The notes under the pieces are model-generated. The model saw only the letters and a list, made by a program, of their open reading frames with translations. It did not search any database and had not been told where the DNA came from. The position numbers were made by a program, and so were the translations under genes. A stretch of DNA of 45,367 nucleotides from a virus. The stretch is from positions 1-45,367 of IMG/VR virus record IMGVR_UViG_3300049023_000013; one strand, given 5' to 3'. Shown one piece after another: positions 1 through 9,031 of the stretch (positions are counted from its first letter, which is position 1; each line of letters starts with the position of its first letter).

Positions 1-127
1 CGGGGTCGTAACAAGCGACACGGGGACCGATGCAACAATCCCCGCCGCCGATGGAACAAACGCCGGGTTAATGGTTCCGGGGCAGTTTAACAAACTTGCG
101 TTTGTCACTGTTACTGGCGCTATTAAC
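1..127. repeat. 127-bp terminal direct repeat, left copy. Marks assembly overlap of a circular or circularly permuted genome.
   Basis: Read directly: bases 1..127 are identical to 45241..45367, so the unique length is 45,240 bp. An exact overlap of this size is typical of a circular contig written with k-mer overlap. True terminal redundancy cannot be excluded. Confidence 0.95.
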
Positions 128-253
128 TTGGACAATATTCTGTTGGCAAGTCACGCCGCTGTTACACTTGCGGGAAGTGCTTCGACCAATCCTTTGACTT
201 TGGCCGGGCAACAAATTGGTTTTTCAATCGCTAATTTGACAAGCGCGCCTTAA
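2..253 (+). CDS. 3' part of the tail-fibre-like gene that starts at 44906 (wrap-around gene)
   Basis: The frame of listed ORF 71..253 is open from base 2. Codons 2..127 (GVVTSDTGTDATIPAADGTNAGLMVPGQFNKLAFVTVTGAIN) are the same bases as 45242..45367. Joining 44906..45367 to 128..253 gives 195 aa with a TAA stop at 251..253. The AGLM....KL motif is common in phage tail-fibre proteins. Confidence 0.75.
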   Translation, partial: GVVTSDTGTDATIPAADGTNAGLMVPGQFNKLAFVTVTGAINLDNILLASHAAVTLAGSASTNPLTLAGQQIGFSIANLTSAP

Positions 254-254
254 A

Positions 255-617
255 ATGAGCGCCCAACCAACCGACCTTTTGGTTATCGAACGCGGCGGAA
301 CGCTTTATAAAGCGACCGTTTCCGAAGTCGCCGCGCTTGGCGGCGCTGGCGGGGTTTTGAAAGGTTCGTCTTTTGCCACGTTGCCTTCGGGCGATGGTCT
401 TTTTGAATGGAACGAAACAATTCCCGCTTTTGGCGTAAGCCCTTCTTCGATTATCTTTTTGTCGTTGGCATCCCATGAAAATGACGACGAAAACGACCCC
501 GAATTTATAGATTTGTTGTCTTTAGTCGGGCAAGCTGGAACGGACGAAATTTCGGTAACTTTGTCTTTTGGTTCGAAGACTTCCGGCGTTGTAAAACTTA
601 ATTGGAGTGCATTCTAA
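255..617 (+). CDS. hypothetical virion-module protein with an N-terminal module paralogous to the upstream fibre-like gene
   Basis: 120-aa ORF with its ATG 1 nt after the upstream TAA. Its N-terminus DLLVIERGGTLYKATVSEVA parallels DSIMISRGGVLYKVLGSEVA at 44906. Confidence 0.7.
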   Translation: MSAQPTDLLVIERGGTLYKATVSEVAALGGAGGVLKGSSFATLPSGDGLFEWNETIPAFGVSPSSIIFLSLASHENDDENDPEFIDLLSLVGQAGTDEISVTLSFGSKTSGVVKLNWSAF

Positions 618-1384
618 TGGCAAAAATTTCACGCGACTTTGCTACGCCTTTGGGCGGTTTTCCAACGCTAAACCCCCGTGAAGTTATTTTTCAAACAGGT
701 AATCTTGGCGCTGCTAACGCTGAAGTTGTTGTTCCGGCGGACGGCGCGGCTTCTGTCACGCTTGACGTTCGCGGAGCTTACGTCGGAACGCTTACTGTTG
801 AAGGTTCGGTTGATGGGGCTAATTGGTTTTCAATTCCAGTTCGCCCAGTCAATGCGGCGTCATTGCTTTACTTAGTGACAACCGCCAGCGCCGCCATTGG
901 ACAATTTGTAGGCAGAACGCTAGGGGCGCGAATTGTTCGGGTTCGCATGGTTGCGTTTACTTCAGGCTTAGCGATTTGCACTTTGTCAACCAACGTCGGC
1001 GCTTTTGACGACACAATGACAAGTCTTGTTACGCCAACGTTGGTAACATCGGTTGGCGCATCGGGCGCGGCTGTTACGTTAACGCTTCCAGCGCCGGGCG
1101 CTGGCTTGCGCCAATATTTGACTTATCTTTCAATCAATCGGTTCGCCGCCGCCGCTTTAACAGCCGCCGCCGCGCCTGTTACTGTTACAACAACAAACTT
1201 GCCGGGTTCTTTGGCTTTTTCGTTTGCCGCCGACGCGGCGCTGCAAGGGTCGTTAGACCGTTGGCGCGAAGATTTTTCTTATCCTTTGGCGGCTTCGGCT
1301 CAAAATACGGCGGTCACAATTGTAATGCCTATCACAACCGGGGTTATTTGGCGCACAACTGCAGGGTATTATCTTGCGCCTTAA
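617..1384 (+). CDS. hypothetical structural protein (beta-rich, Ala/Thr/Val-rich)
   Basis: The ATG at 617 overlaps the upstream stop (TAATG), giving 255 aa. It lies in the virion module upstream of the major tail gene. I recognise no catalytic motif. Confidence 0.65.
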   Translation: MAKISRDFATPLGGFPTLNPREVIFQTGNLGAANAEVVVPADGAASVTLDVRGAYVGTLTVEGSVDGANWFSIPVRPVNAASLLYLVTTASAAIGQFVGRTLGARIVRVRMVAFTSGLAICTLSTNVGAFDDTMTSLVTPTLVTSVGASGAAVTLTLPAPGAGLRQYLTYLSINRFAAAALTAAAAPVTVTTTNLPGSLAFSFAADAALQGSLDRWREDFSYPLAASAQNTAVTIVMPITTGVIWRTTAGYYLAP

Positions 1385-1423
1385 GGAAAAACGTTTTAGG
1401 TAAATTTACGAAAGGAAGTAAAC

Positions 1424-2938
1424 ATGGCGGGCGATAAACAGTCTTCGAACCAAGCAACGGTCTTCAAGGCGCGCGAAACGTCACTTATGACCATCGACGC
1501 GACGGCGGCGTTTGAAACGCGCGAACCGAACAGCTTTTCGGACTTCGGCGGCGAACCGACGCAAGTTGCGCGGCGACCCTTCAGCCAATCGCGCCAGCGC
1601 AAGAAAGGGTCGAACGTTGACCTTGACGTAACGGCGGGTTGGAACGAAGATTTCACGTTCAACAACATGCAAAGCGTCTTGGACAGCTTTTGCTATGCCG
1701 CGCTTCGCACGAAGCCGAAGACGACCGCAACCGCCGCGACCGCCGCCGACGACACTTACGCCGTTGACGACGAAGCGGGTTTCGTTGCCAACAGCATCGT
1801 TCTTGTGAAGGGCTTCAGCACGACCGCCAACAACGGTATTCACATTGTCGCGTCGAACGCGGCGGGCGAAGTCGTCGTTGGCAACGGCCTTGTTGACGAA
1901 AGCGGCGCAACGGCAACGCTTGAAGTCGTCGGCCATCGCTTTGCGAACGCTGATATGGCCGCAACGCTTGTCGGCGGAAAGCTTCGGCTTACTTCCGCCG
2001 CAATGGACATGACGACGTTTGGCGTCTTGCCCGGCGAATGGCATCTTATCGGCGGACAGGAAGTCGCGAACAGCTTCAGCCCGACCAATCGCGGTTACGC
2101 CCGGCTTTCCGCTATCACGGCGGACTATTGGGAATATGACAAGGTTACGTTCGCCGCGCTTGCCGATGCTGGCGCGGACACGGCCCTTGACATTTACTTT
2201 GGCACGGTCGTTCGCAACGAAGAAGACCCGGACCTTATCGTGAAGCTTACCGACACGATTGAACGTCCGCTTGGCCGCGATGACGACGGGCGCATGTCCG
2301 AAGTTGTTACCGGCGCGACGGCGAACGAATTGACGTGGAACAGCCCGCTTGCGGCGTTGGTCAACGTTGACGTGACGTATATCGGTATGCAACACGTCAA
2401 GCGCCCCGGCACGGACGGCGTTCTTGCCGGTTCCGGCACGACGACGCTTGCGACCGCGCTTGGCGAAGACGGTTGGAACACGTCGCGCAATCTGTATCGT
2501 TGCCGCATCGGCGTCCTTGACGGGACGTTGAACCCGACGCCGTTGTTCGGCAAGGTCACGGAATGGACCTTGACCATTGCCAACAACGTTTCGCCCGACA
2601 AGGCGCAAGGCATCTATGGGGCGTTCGATACGACCGAAGGCATGTTCGAAGTTGACGGCGAATTTACCGCCTACTTCAAGGACATGCGCGCGGGACAGGC
2701 GATTGACGACGACGCCGACGTAACGTTCGACGCAATCTATACCAAGCAAAACAAGGCGTTCATTATCGACGTTCCCTTGATTTCGCTTGGCGGCGGTCGC
2801 CCGAACGTCGAACAGGACACGGCGATTATGCTGCCCTTGACGACCGCCGCCGCCGAAAGCCCCTTCGGCCATACGCTGTTGCTTACGTGGCTTTCGTATG
2901 TGCCGAACTACGCGGTATCGACCGGCGCAATCTTCTAA
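1424..2938 (+). CDS. putative major tail (tube) protein
   Basis: 504-aa ORF with SD AAAGGAAG ending 5 nt before the ATG. It is the last large structural gene before the chaperone G/GT pair and the tape measure. The assignment rests on position and size only. Confidence 0.55.
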   Translation: MAGDKQSSNQATVFKARETSLMTIDATAAFETREPNSFSDFGGEPTQVARRPFSQSRQRKKGSNVDLDVTAGWNEDFTFNNMQSVLDSFCYAALRTKPKTTATAATAADDTYAVDDEAGFVANSIVLVKGFSTTANNGIHIVASNAAGEVVVGNGLVDESGATATLEVVGHRFANADMAATLVGGKLRLTSAAMDMTTFGVLPGEWHLIGGQEVANSFSPTNRGYARLSAITADYWEYDKVTFAALADAGADTALDIYFGTVVRNEEDPDLIVKLTDTIERPLGRDDDGRMSEVVTGATANELTWNSPLAALVNVDVTYIGMQHVKRPGTDGVLAGSGTTTLATALGEDGWNTSRNLYRCRIGVLDGTLNPTPLFGKVTEWTLTIANNVSPDKAQGIYGAFDTTEGMFEVDGEFTAYFKDMRAGQAIDDDADVTFDAIYTKQNKAFIIDVPLISLGGGRPNVEQDTAIMLPLTTAAAESPFGHTLLLTWLSYVPNYAVSTGAIF

Positions 2939-2942
2939 TGGG

Positions 2943-3311
2943 TTATGGGGCGCGGTGCCATGTGCCGCGCCCTTCCCAATATTCAACGAACTGTTCCACA
3001 ACTTCGCGTTTGGTTATGACGTAAGGCCGGATGGCTTTAACAACAGCCCGCGCCGACTTGTCTTGAACCTTCCAACGCCATTGCGGTTGCCAATTTGCGT
3101 TGCGCGGCGTTCGCGTTGTAATTCGACCGGGGAAGCGGTCGTTCAAAGCGCGAATGGTCTTTTCGCACGTCATGTTCATTTCAATTGTCGGGCGAACCCC
3201 GCCGGGGCGCGACGGGCGCTTTTCCAGTTGAAAGCAACCTTCCCCGTCCAATAGCCCGGCAAAATATGCTTCTAGCGTTTCCATGTTTTCGATGCTAGAA
3301 ACGTTCGGCAT
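2943..3311 (-). CDS. LAGLIDADG homing endonuclease, single-motif and free-standing
   Basis: Contains YFAGLLDGEGCFQL, the canonical LAGLIDADG motif near the N-terminus. The start was chosen at Met19 of ORF 2943..3365 because AAGAGGG lies 9 nt upstream. It is the only minus-strand gene inside the plus-strand tail module. Confidence 0.8.
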   Translation of the reverse strand: MPNVSSIENMETLEAYFAGLLDGEGCFQLEKRPSRPGGVRPTIEMNMTCEKTIRALNDRFPGRITTRTPRNANWQPQWRWKVQDKSARAVVKAIRPYVITKREVVEQFVEYWEGRGTWHRAP

Positions 3312-3351
3312 AACGTGCAACCCTCTTAACCAACAGCAAGGAACCATCGCC

Positions 3352-3798
3352 ATGTCGCTACGCAAGATTTACGGGACGGACAAAGCCAAGGAAACGAACG
3401 GCGTTCGTCTTGAAGTCGGCTTGAACGAATACAACAACAAGCCAATTTTCATCACTGTTTCGCGCATGTCGCGGAATAATCAGAAATACCAACAGGCGTT
3501 TTCGGACAAGTTCGACCCGCACATGGCCGCAATTCAGGCCGACGCTTTGGGCGAAATGATGGCCCGCAAGCTTACGCGCGAACTGTTCGCCGACGAAATC
3601 TTGCACAACGTCGAAAATCTGCCTTTGTCGGACCTTACCGGCAAGGACGAAGACAACAACGAAATCATGGAATACAACCGCGAAAACGTTCTGAAGCTGT
3701 TCGATGAACTGCCCGAACTTTACGACGATTGGGAAGCCCGCGCCAAGAAGGCGTCGAACTTCCGCGACAAGGTGCGAACGGATTTGGCGGGAAACTGA
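3352..3798 (+). CDS. tail assembly chaperone (lambda gpG-like)
   Basis: 148 aa from the ATG at 3352 (Met24 of ORF 3283..3798, AAGGA upstream). It lies directly upstream of the tape-measure region and ends with the slippery heptamer G GGA AAC followed by TGA. Confidence 0.7.
   Translation: MSLRKIYGTDKAKETNGVRLEVGLNEYNNKPIFITVSRMSRNNQKYQQAFSDKFDPHMAAIQADALGEMMARKLTRELFADEILHNVENLPLSDLTGKDEDNNEIMEYNRENVLKLFDELPELYDDWEARAKKASNFRDKVRTDLAGN
3789..3795 (+). promoter_or_regulatory. -1 programmed ribosomal frameshift slippery heptamer GGGAAAC
   Basis: G GGA AAC sits in the zero frame immediately before the TGA at 3796..3798. The -1 frame is open from here to 4157 and reads GKLIAVLLYTLDFPPEV... This is the classical X XXY YYZ pattern in the conserved G/GT position of long-tailed phages. 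Confidence 0.75.
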
Positions 3799-4157
3799 TA
3801 GCCGTTCTTCTTTATACGCTTGACTTTCCGCCGGAAGTTGAACGGTCGTATTACGAAGATTTCAAGCGTTTTGGCGAAGAACTGCCCGCAAGGGTGAAGA
3901 ACCGCCCGAACTTGTTACCGGGTCTAGCGTTATACTTCAACGCTTGGTTCGAACTAGACGGCGAACGGGAACGTTCGAAGTTTGAACGAATTAAGCGGTC
4001 GGACGTGTTCACGTATGCTTACGATTACGACTTTACGTTGTGGCAAACGCTAGACCTTTGGTATTATGTTCGAATGATGGACGCTGAATTTCTGCAATGG
4101 TGGAAGAAGAAGCATCCCCCGCCCAAGCAACCGACAAGGGGCAAACGTAATGGGTAA
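3795..4157 (+). CDS. gpT-like extension of the chaperone, expressed only as the -1 frameshift fusion join(3352..3795,3795..4157)
   Basis: Frame -1 relative to 3352..3798 and open to the TAA at 4155..4157. The listed ORF 3729..4157 has no convincing start of its own. The predicted fusion is about 268 aa. Confidence 0.65.
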   Translation: MIAVLLYTLDFPPEVERSYYEDFKRFGEELPARVKNRPNLLPGLALYFNAWFELDGERERSKFERIKRSDVFTYAYDYDFTLWQTLDLWYYVRMMDAEFLQWWKKKHPPPKQPTRGKRNG

Positions 4158-4587
4158 CTTGGCCGACCTTCAAAAGCGCATGTATGCCCGCGCCGGGGAA
4201 GTCGGCCAAGTCGCCAACGAAGCCAAGAAAGAAGTAGCGCGAACAATCGTCCGTTACTTGGTCAACATTACGCCGGTCGATACATCGCAAGCCTTGTCGA
4301 ACTGGCAAGCCCGCGACGGCTTCCCGGTCGCGTTCCCAATAGCCCCGTATTTCAGCGGGCAACTAGGGTCAACGCAAGCTTCTAGCGCCGAAAAGGCCAT
4401 AGCTGAAGCCAACGCCATTATTGCCAAGGCGAAGCCCGGCGAACCCATTTACCTTTCGAACGTCTTGCCGTATATCAAGCCGCTAGACGAAGGGTCATCA
4501 ACGCAGCATCCCGGCGGCTTTGTCCATGCTTCGGTTATTGTGGGCAAACTTGCGTTGCGCGACTTCAAATACGATTGGAAGAAATAA
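4150..4587 (+). CDS. HK97 gp10-like neck/tail-completion family protein
   Basis: 145 aa. The segments ARTIVRYLVNITPVDTSQALSNW and YLSNVLPYIKPLDEGSS resemble the HK97 gp10 family pattern (..P.DTG.L..s). Its position between GT and the tape measure is atypical. Confidence 0.45.
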   Translation: MGNLADLQKRMYARAGEVGQVANEAKKEVARTIVRYLVNITPVDTSQALSNWQARDGFPVAFPIAPYFSGQLGSTQASSAEKAIAEANAIIAKAKPGEPIYLSNVLPYIKPLDEGSSTQHPGGFVHASVIVGKLALRDFKYDWKK

Positions 4588-7500
4588 TGGCCGACGAACG
4601 GATTGACGTTGAAGTAACCGACAAAGTTTCGTCATCCGTTGAAGGTAAGCTTCGTGGCATTGGCGACGCGGCGGGCGATGCCCACAAGTATGTTGAACAG
4701 CTTAAAGCCGCTTTGTCTTCGATGAATGTTGCGGGCGCGCTTAAGGCTGAAGCCGCCGCCAATTCGACAACCCGCGCGTTGGCCCAACAAATGAACGCGC
4801 AAGCCCGTTTGACCGATGCTACGTCCAAGGGTGCGTTGGCCGATGCGAAAGCCGCCGTCGAAAAGCAAAAGCTGGCGACCGAAACGGCCCGCACGGAAGC
4901 CGCCACGGCCCGCGCCGCCGCTGCCCAATCCCAAGCCGCCCTTGCTGCCCTACGGGCGTCCGCCGCCGCCGACAGGGCAGCGAACAGCACGACTAGCTAT
5001 GCCGCCCGTGCCGAACGCCTGAAGTCGGCCCTTGACCCCGCCTACGCCGCCCAAAGCCGGTTCAATGCGGAAGTCGCCGAAGCGAAGACGCTGTTGGACA
5101 ACGGCGCAATCGGCATGAACACGTATGCGGACGCCGTAGCACAAGCGAACAATCGCTTGAAGGCTTCGGCGCAAGGCTTCAGCGCGGTTGCGCGCGGGGC
5201 TGGCACGTATTCCGCGAACATGAACAACGTCGCGGGTGCAACGGGTCTTGCCGGGCATCAAATGGGAAATCTTGTCGCCCAATTGAACGACGTAGGCGTA
5301 TCGTTGGCGGGCGGACAAAACCCGCTGTTGGTTCTTATCCAACAGGGTTCGCAAATTCAGTATTTGGCTTCGACGGTCGAAGGTGGCTTTACGACGTTGC
5401 TTAAGGCGACGACGGCCCTTGTCATCGGGCAACAGCAAGTCACGAACGCCAGCACGGCGGCGGCGACGGCGAACCTTGCGAACGCTTCGGCGGCTTCAAC
5501 GGCGGCGGCGGCACAAGCCGCGCAAGCTGGCATCGCAGCTAACGCCGTAATCGCTCAACAGGCATTGACCGTCGCGGAAACTGAAGCGGGCGGCGCGGCG
5601 GCACGTCTTGCCGTAGCGAACGCCGCATTGTCCAGCGCGCAAGCCGCCGTGAACGCTACGGCGGTTCCGACGACACAAGCTTTGACCGCGCTTGCTCTTG
5701 CTGAAGCCCGCGCTACGGCGGCGGCGCAAGCGGCTGTCATCGCGAACGCCGAACTAGCGACCGCAAACGCTGGCGTTGCCGCGTCCGCTGAAGCCGCCGC
5801 GTTGGCCGAACGGAACCTTGCAATGTCAACCGCCGGGACGGCGCTTGGCCTTGGCACGGTCGGCGCTATTATTGTGGGTATCGGGGCAGTTGCCGCGCCC
5901 GCTACGGCGAAGCTTGTTGCGTTCCACAAGGAACTTAACGAAAATTCGGGCATCAAAGAATACGTCAACACGCTTGGTCTTACGACGAAGGAATTGAAGA
6001 AGCTTGAAGACCAAACTATAACTTACGGCGACATGGCGTCGGGCGTATGGATGACGATTAAAGAAGGCGTCGCCGGACTTCAGCCCGTGTTCGACGCAAT
6101 CGGCGCGTTTATCATGGGAACCGTGGACCTTATTTGGAACACGCTTAAGAACTTCAGCTTCGGCATGACCGCATTGTTCAAGGGAACTTACACGGCGGTT
6201 ATTACGATTTGGAACCAATTCCCGGCGGCGTTCGCCGACCTATTCGCGCAAGCTGCGAACGCTGCTATCGGCGCGCTTGAATGGATTGCGAACAAAGCGG
6301 TTGACGTGTTGAACTATCTTGGCGGGTCGTTCGAAACCGTCACGCTTTCGCGTTGGGAAAACGCGAACGCCGGGGCAGCGGCGCGCATGGGTTCGGACCT
6401 TGTGTCGGGCTATACCGACGCCTTCCGCGAAGCCGAAAGCGGTTACAACGCATTTGTCAACCGTGTTGGCCAGAACGCCGACAAGGCAGCGCGCGACCGC
6501 CTGAAGACGGCGGCGCAAGCTATCATCGAAGACCGGGGCGCGGGTCCGAAGGCGAAGAAGGCCAAGGAAGACAAGACCGAAGAAAACCGGGCTATGGCGC
6601 TGGCCAACGTCAACCGCGAACTTGACAACGAAATTTCGCGCATGAAGCTTCTTAAGGACGAACGCGCAATTCAACAGCGTTACGACCAAATTGAAGAACA
6701 GCTTGCGCGTAAGAAGATTACGTTGACGGCGGCGGAAACGGCGGCGCTTAAGGAAAAGATTGCCGCAATTGAAGCCGACAAGTATGTTCAAACCGAACGC
6801 GACCGTATCATGGAAGAAGCCGAAGGGCCGACCCGTGATATGAACGCGGCTATTGACGCGGCAACCGACCTTTACGACCGGGGCGCAATTTCGGTCGAAC
6901 GCTATAGCAGCGAACTTCAGCGGGCAACCCGGTTGTTCGAAGAAGCGACCGACCCGCTTTACGCCATGAAGAAAGCCAACGCCGAAGCTACGGCGACGCT
7001 TGGTCTTTACGGCGATGCGCTGGCACGGGCGAACGACCTTCAGGCGATTAAGGCGGCATACGCCGAAAAGAACCTTTCGATTTACGACGCCGAAACCGGC
7101 AAGCTGAAGGAAGCGGTCGCCGCGCAACTTGCCGAAAACGAAGCCTTGCGGGCGAAGCAATATATCCAAGCGCAAGTTACGGCGGTCGTTGACCCGCTGT
7201 TGGCCGACCAACAAATGTTGGCTAACAAGGCTAATGTTTACGCCGAACTTAACCGCATGGCCGACGAATACAACCTAAGCGAAACACAACGGGCCGAAGC
7301 GCGCGTTGCGCTTGACCGCAAGTATCAAGAATTGCAGTTGAAGAACTATACCGGGTTCTTCGACACGTTGGCCGGTTTGTCGTCGTCGTCCAATTCGACG
7401 CTTGCGGCTATCGGCAAGGCGGCGGCGATTTCGCAAGCGACCATCAACATGTATGTCGCGGCGTCGGAAGCCCTGAAGCTTCCGTTCCCGGCCAACTTGC

Positions 7501-7859
7501 CAGCGATTGCCCAAGTCATCGCGACCGGCGCGGGGCTGATTTCGTCCATTACTTCGACCAACGCGGGCAGTTTCGCGACGGGCGGTCAATTCATGGTCGA
7601 AGGTAAGTCCGGCGTTGATATGAACAATATCAACATGAACGTGTCGCGCGGCGAACGTGTCACCATCGAAACCCCGGCGCAACAGCGGGCTAACGATGGC
7701 GCGGGCGGCGGCGCATCGGCTGGAATGGGCGACGTTAAGATTGTCAACCAATTTGACGAACGCGAATTTATTAGCGCAATGGATAGCGACGAAGGGGAAC
7801 GCATCATCTTGAACGTAATCAAGCGCAACCCCAACGCTATTAAGTCGGCGGGCAACTAA
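4587..7859 (+). CDS. tape measure protein
   Basis: 1090 aa from the ATG at 4587, which overlaps the upstream TAA. The protein is Ala/Gln-rich and coiled-coil-like, with hydrophobic segments in the middle. It is the largest gene and follows the G/GT chaperones. Confidence 0.85.
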   Translation: MADERIDVEVTDKVSSSVEGKLRGIGDAAGDAHKYVEQLKAALSSMNVAGALKAEAAANSTTRALAQQMNAQARLTDATSKGALADAKAAVEKQKLATETARTEAATARAAAAQSQAALAALRASAAADRAANSTTSYAARAERLKSALDPAYAAQSRFNAEVAEAKTLLDNGAIGMNTYADAVAQANNRLKASAQGFSAVARGAGTYSANMNNVAGATGLAGHQMGNLVAQLNDVGVSLAGGQNPLLVLIQQGSQIQYLASTVEGGFTTLLKATTALVIGQQQVTNASTAAATANLANASAASTAAAAQAAQAGIAANAVIAQQALTVAETEAGGAAARLAVANAALSSAQAAVNATAVPTTQALTALALAEARATAAAQAAVIANAELATANAGVAASAEAAALAERNLAMSTAGTALGLGTVGAIIVGIGAVAAPATAKLVAFHKELNENSGIKEYVNTLGLTTKELKKLEDQTITYGDMASGVWMTIKEGVAGLQPVFDAIGAFIMGTVDLIWNTLKNFSFGMTALFKGTYTAVITIWNQFPAAFADLFAQAANAAIGALEWIANKAVDVLNYLGGSFETVTLSRWENANAGAAARMGSDLVSGYTDAFREAESGYNAFVNRVGQNADKAARDRLKTAAQAIIEDRGAGPKAKKAKEDKTEENRAMALANVNRELDNEISRMKLLKDERAIQQRYDQIEEQLARKKITLTAAETAALKEKIAAIEADKYVQTERDRIMEEAEGPTRDMNAAIDAATDLYDRGAISVERYSSELQRATRLFEEATDPLYAMKKANAEATATLGLYGDALARANDLQAIKAAYAEKNLSIYDAETGKLKEAVAAQLAENEALRAKQYIQAQVTAVVDPLLADQQMLANKANVYAELNRMADEYNLSETQRAEARVALDRKYQELQLKNYTGFFDTLAGLSSSSNSTLAAIGKAAAISQATINMYVAASEALKLPFPANLPAIAQVIATGAGLISSITSTNAGSFATGGQFMVEGKSGVDMNNINMNVSRGERVTIETPAQQRANDGAGGGASAGMGDVKIVNQFDEREFISAMDSDEGERIILNVIKRNPNAIKSAGN

Positions 7860-9031
7860 TGACATACGGCGTAGCAATCCAAGTCCCCGAAGTTCCGATA
7901 ACGGAAACTTGGTCTTGGATAACCGACATTGGCGTATCGTATAACGGGACCGAAGATAGGACCGCCCTTCTTCGGTATCCCCGGCGTTCGTTTTCAGGAA
8001 GCTTCGCCTTCGATGACGTGACAAGCTTTCGTCGGCATTTGGCGATGATGACTAAGCGGTATCGAACCGAATTTCAATTTCCGCTTTGGCAATATCAAAC
8101 GAAGCTTAAGGCGGCGGCTGGCATCGGGGACGAAACCGTTACAGTGAACGCCCGTCGCGGCGACTTCCGCGAAGGCCAAACCGTAATCGTCATCGAAGGA
8201 ACGACGTTCGAAACCATCGTTATCGAAAGCTTCGACGCGGTATCGCTTACGTTCGCCACGGCGCTTACCAAGGCTTATTCGGCCCGCGCCGTCGTATGCC
8301 CGGTCGTAACGGTCTTCACGGCGACGAACGCGGGCGTTTCGCGGCGGAACCCGGATGGCAGCGGAACAAGTTCTTTCAACTACGTCGAACGGTTGCCCAC
8401 ATTGCCGTTTGTGTCGCCGTTGAACGAAGCTGCTATTGCGACCTTCGACGGCTTGCCGGTTCTTCCATACGTGCCAATCGGCCAATCGTTCGAAGCTACG
8501 GTTGCGACCGGGCTTACGTCCGTCGATTATACCGGCCTTGTCGATATTGTTTCGCCTTGGACTTACGAACAATGGGGATACGCCTTGTCGTTCAAAGCTT
8601 CGGCAATTGGCAACGTGGACGATTTCGAATGGTGGCAACTATTCGCCGACACTATCCAAGGTTCGGAAAACCCTTTTCTTATGGCGACGAACCGCGCCGA
8701 CATGGAAATTGTTACGCCAGCTTTGCCAAGCGGCACGGGAATTACGGTCAAAGGCGACGAATATTCGCAGCACTATAACGGGCATGGCGGCTTTTCGCGC
8801 ATCTTCATTGATACCGACGCCGGGCGACACTACGCCAAAGTTACCGGCATAGTCGCCGTTGGCGGCAACGACCGCTTGGTTTTCACGCCAGCCCTGCCCG
8901 CCGGGACAGCATGGGGAACCGGGCAGCGCGTCGGGTTCTTGTTGAAACTTCGCAACAACGATGACAAGATGACGCTTCAGCATAGCGGGCTTTCGACCGT
9001 CGTTGGCTTGAACGTTAGGACCGTAGTTTAA
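7859..9031 (+). CDS. distal tail protein-like (pattern resembles DUF2460 / GTA g12-type)
   Basis: 390 aa with a TAATG overlap with the tape measure gene. The N-terminal pattern ...GTEDRTALLRYPRRSFSGSF..F..PLW resembles DUF2460-type proteins. It is the first gene after the tape measure. Confidence 0.5.
   Translation: MTYGVAIQVPEVPITETWSWITDIGVSYNGTEDRTALLRYPRRSFSGSFAFDDVTSFRRHLAMMTKRYRTEFQFPLWQYQTKLKAAAGIGDETVTVNARRGDFREGQTVIVIEGTTFETIVIESFDAVSLTFATALTKAYSARAVVCPVVTVFTATNAGVSRRNPDGSGTSSFNYVERLPTLPFVSPLNEAAIATFDGLPVLPYVPIGQSFEATVATGLTSVDYTGLVDIVSPWTYEQWGYALSFKASAIGNVDDFEWWQLFADTIQGSENPFLMATNRADMEIVTPALPSGTGITVKGDEYSQHYNGHGGFSRIFIDTDAGRHYAKVTGIVAVGGNDRLVFTPALPAGTAWGTGQRVGFLLKLRNNDDKMTLQHSGLSTVVGLNVRTVV

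Noticed and set aside
1481-3001. 506-aa minus-strand ORF antisense to the major tail gene
   Set aside because: The product is extremely Arg/Ala/Gly/Val-rich and does not look protein-like. No SD is present and it fully overlaps a better plus-strand gene. This is the typical open antisense frame of GC-rich coding DNA.
4565-7214. Several long minus-strand ORFs (4565..4990, 4950..5438, 5555..5971, 6240..7214) inside the tape measure gene
   Set aside because: They mirror the Ala/Gln-rich tape measure codons (GCN read as NGC). Composition is low-complexity Arg/Ala and there is no gene context on the minus strand.
4587-7859. Possible CRISPR, DGR or tandem-repeat array in the Ala-rich tape measure region
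   Set aside because: The repetition is compositional (GCN codons) and not made of exact spaced repeats. There is no reverse transcriptase, template/variable repeat pair or cas gene in the window.
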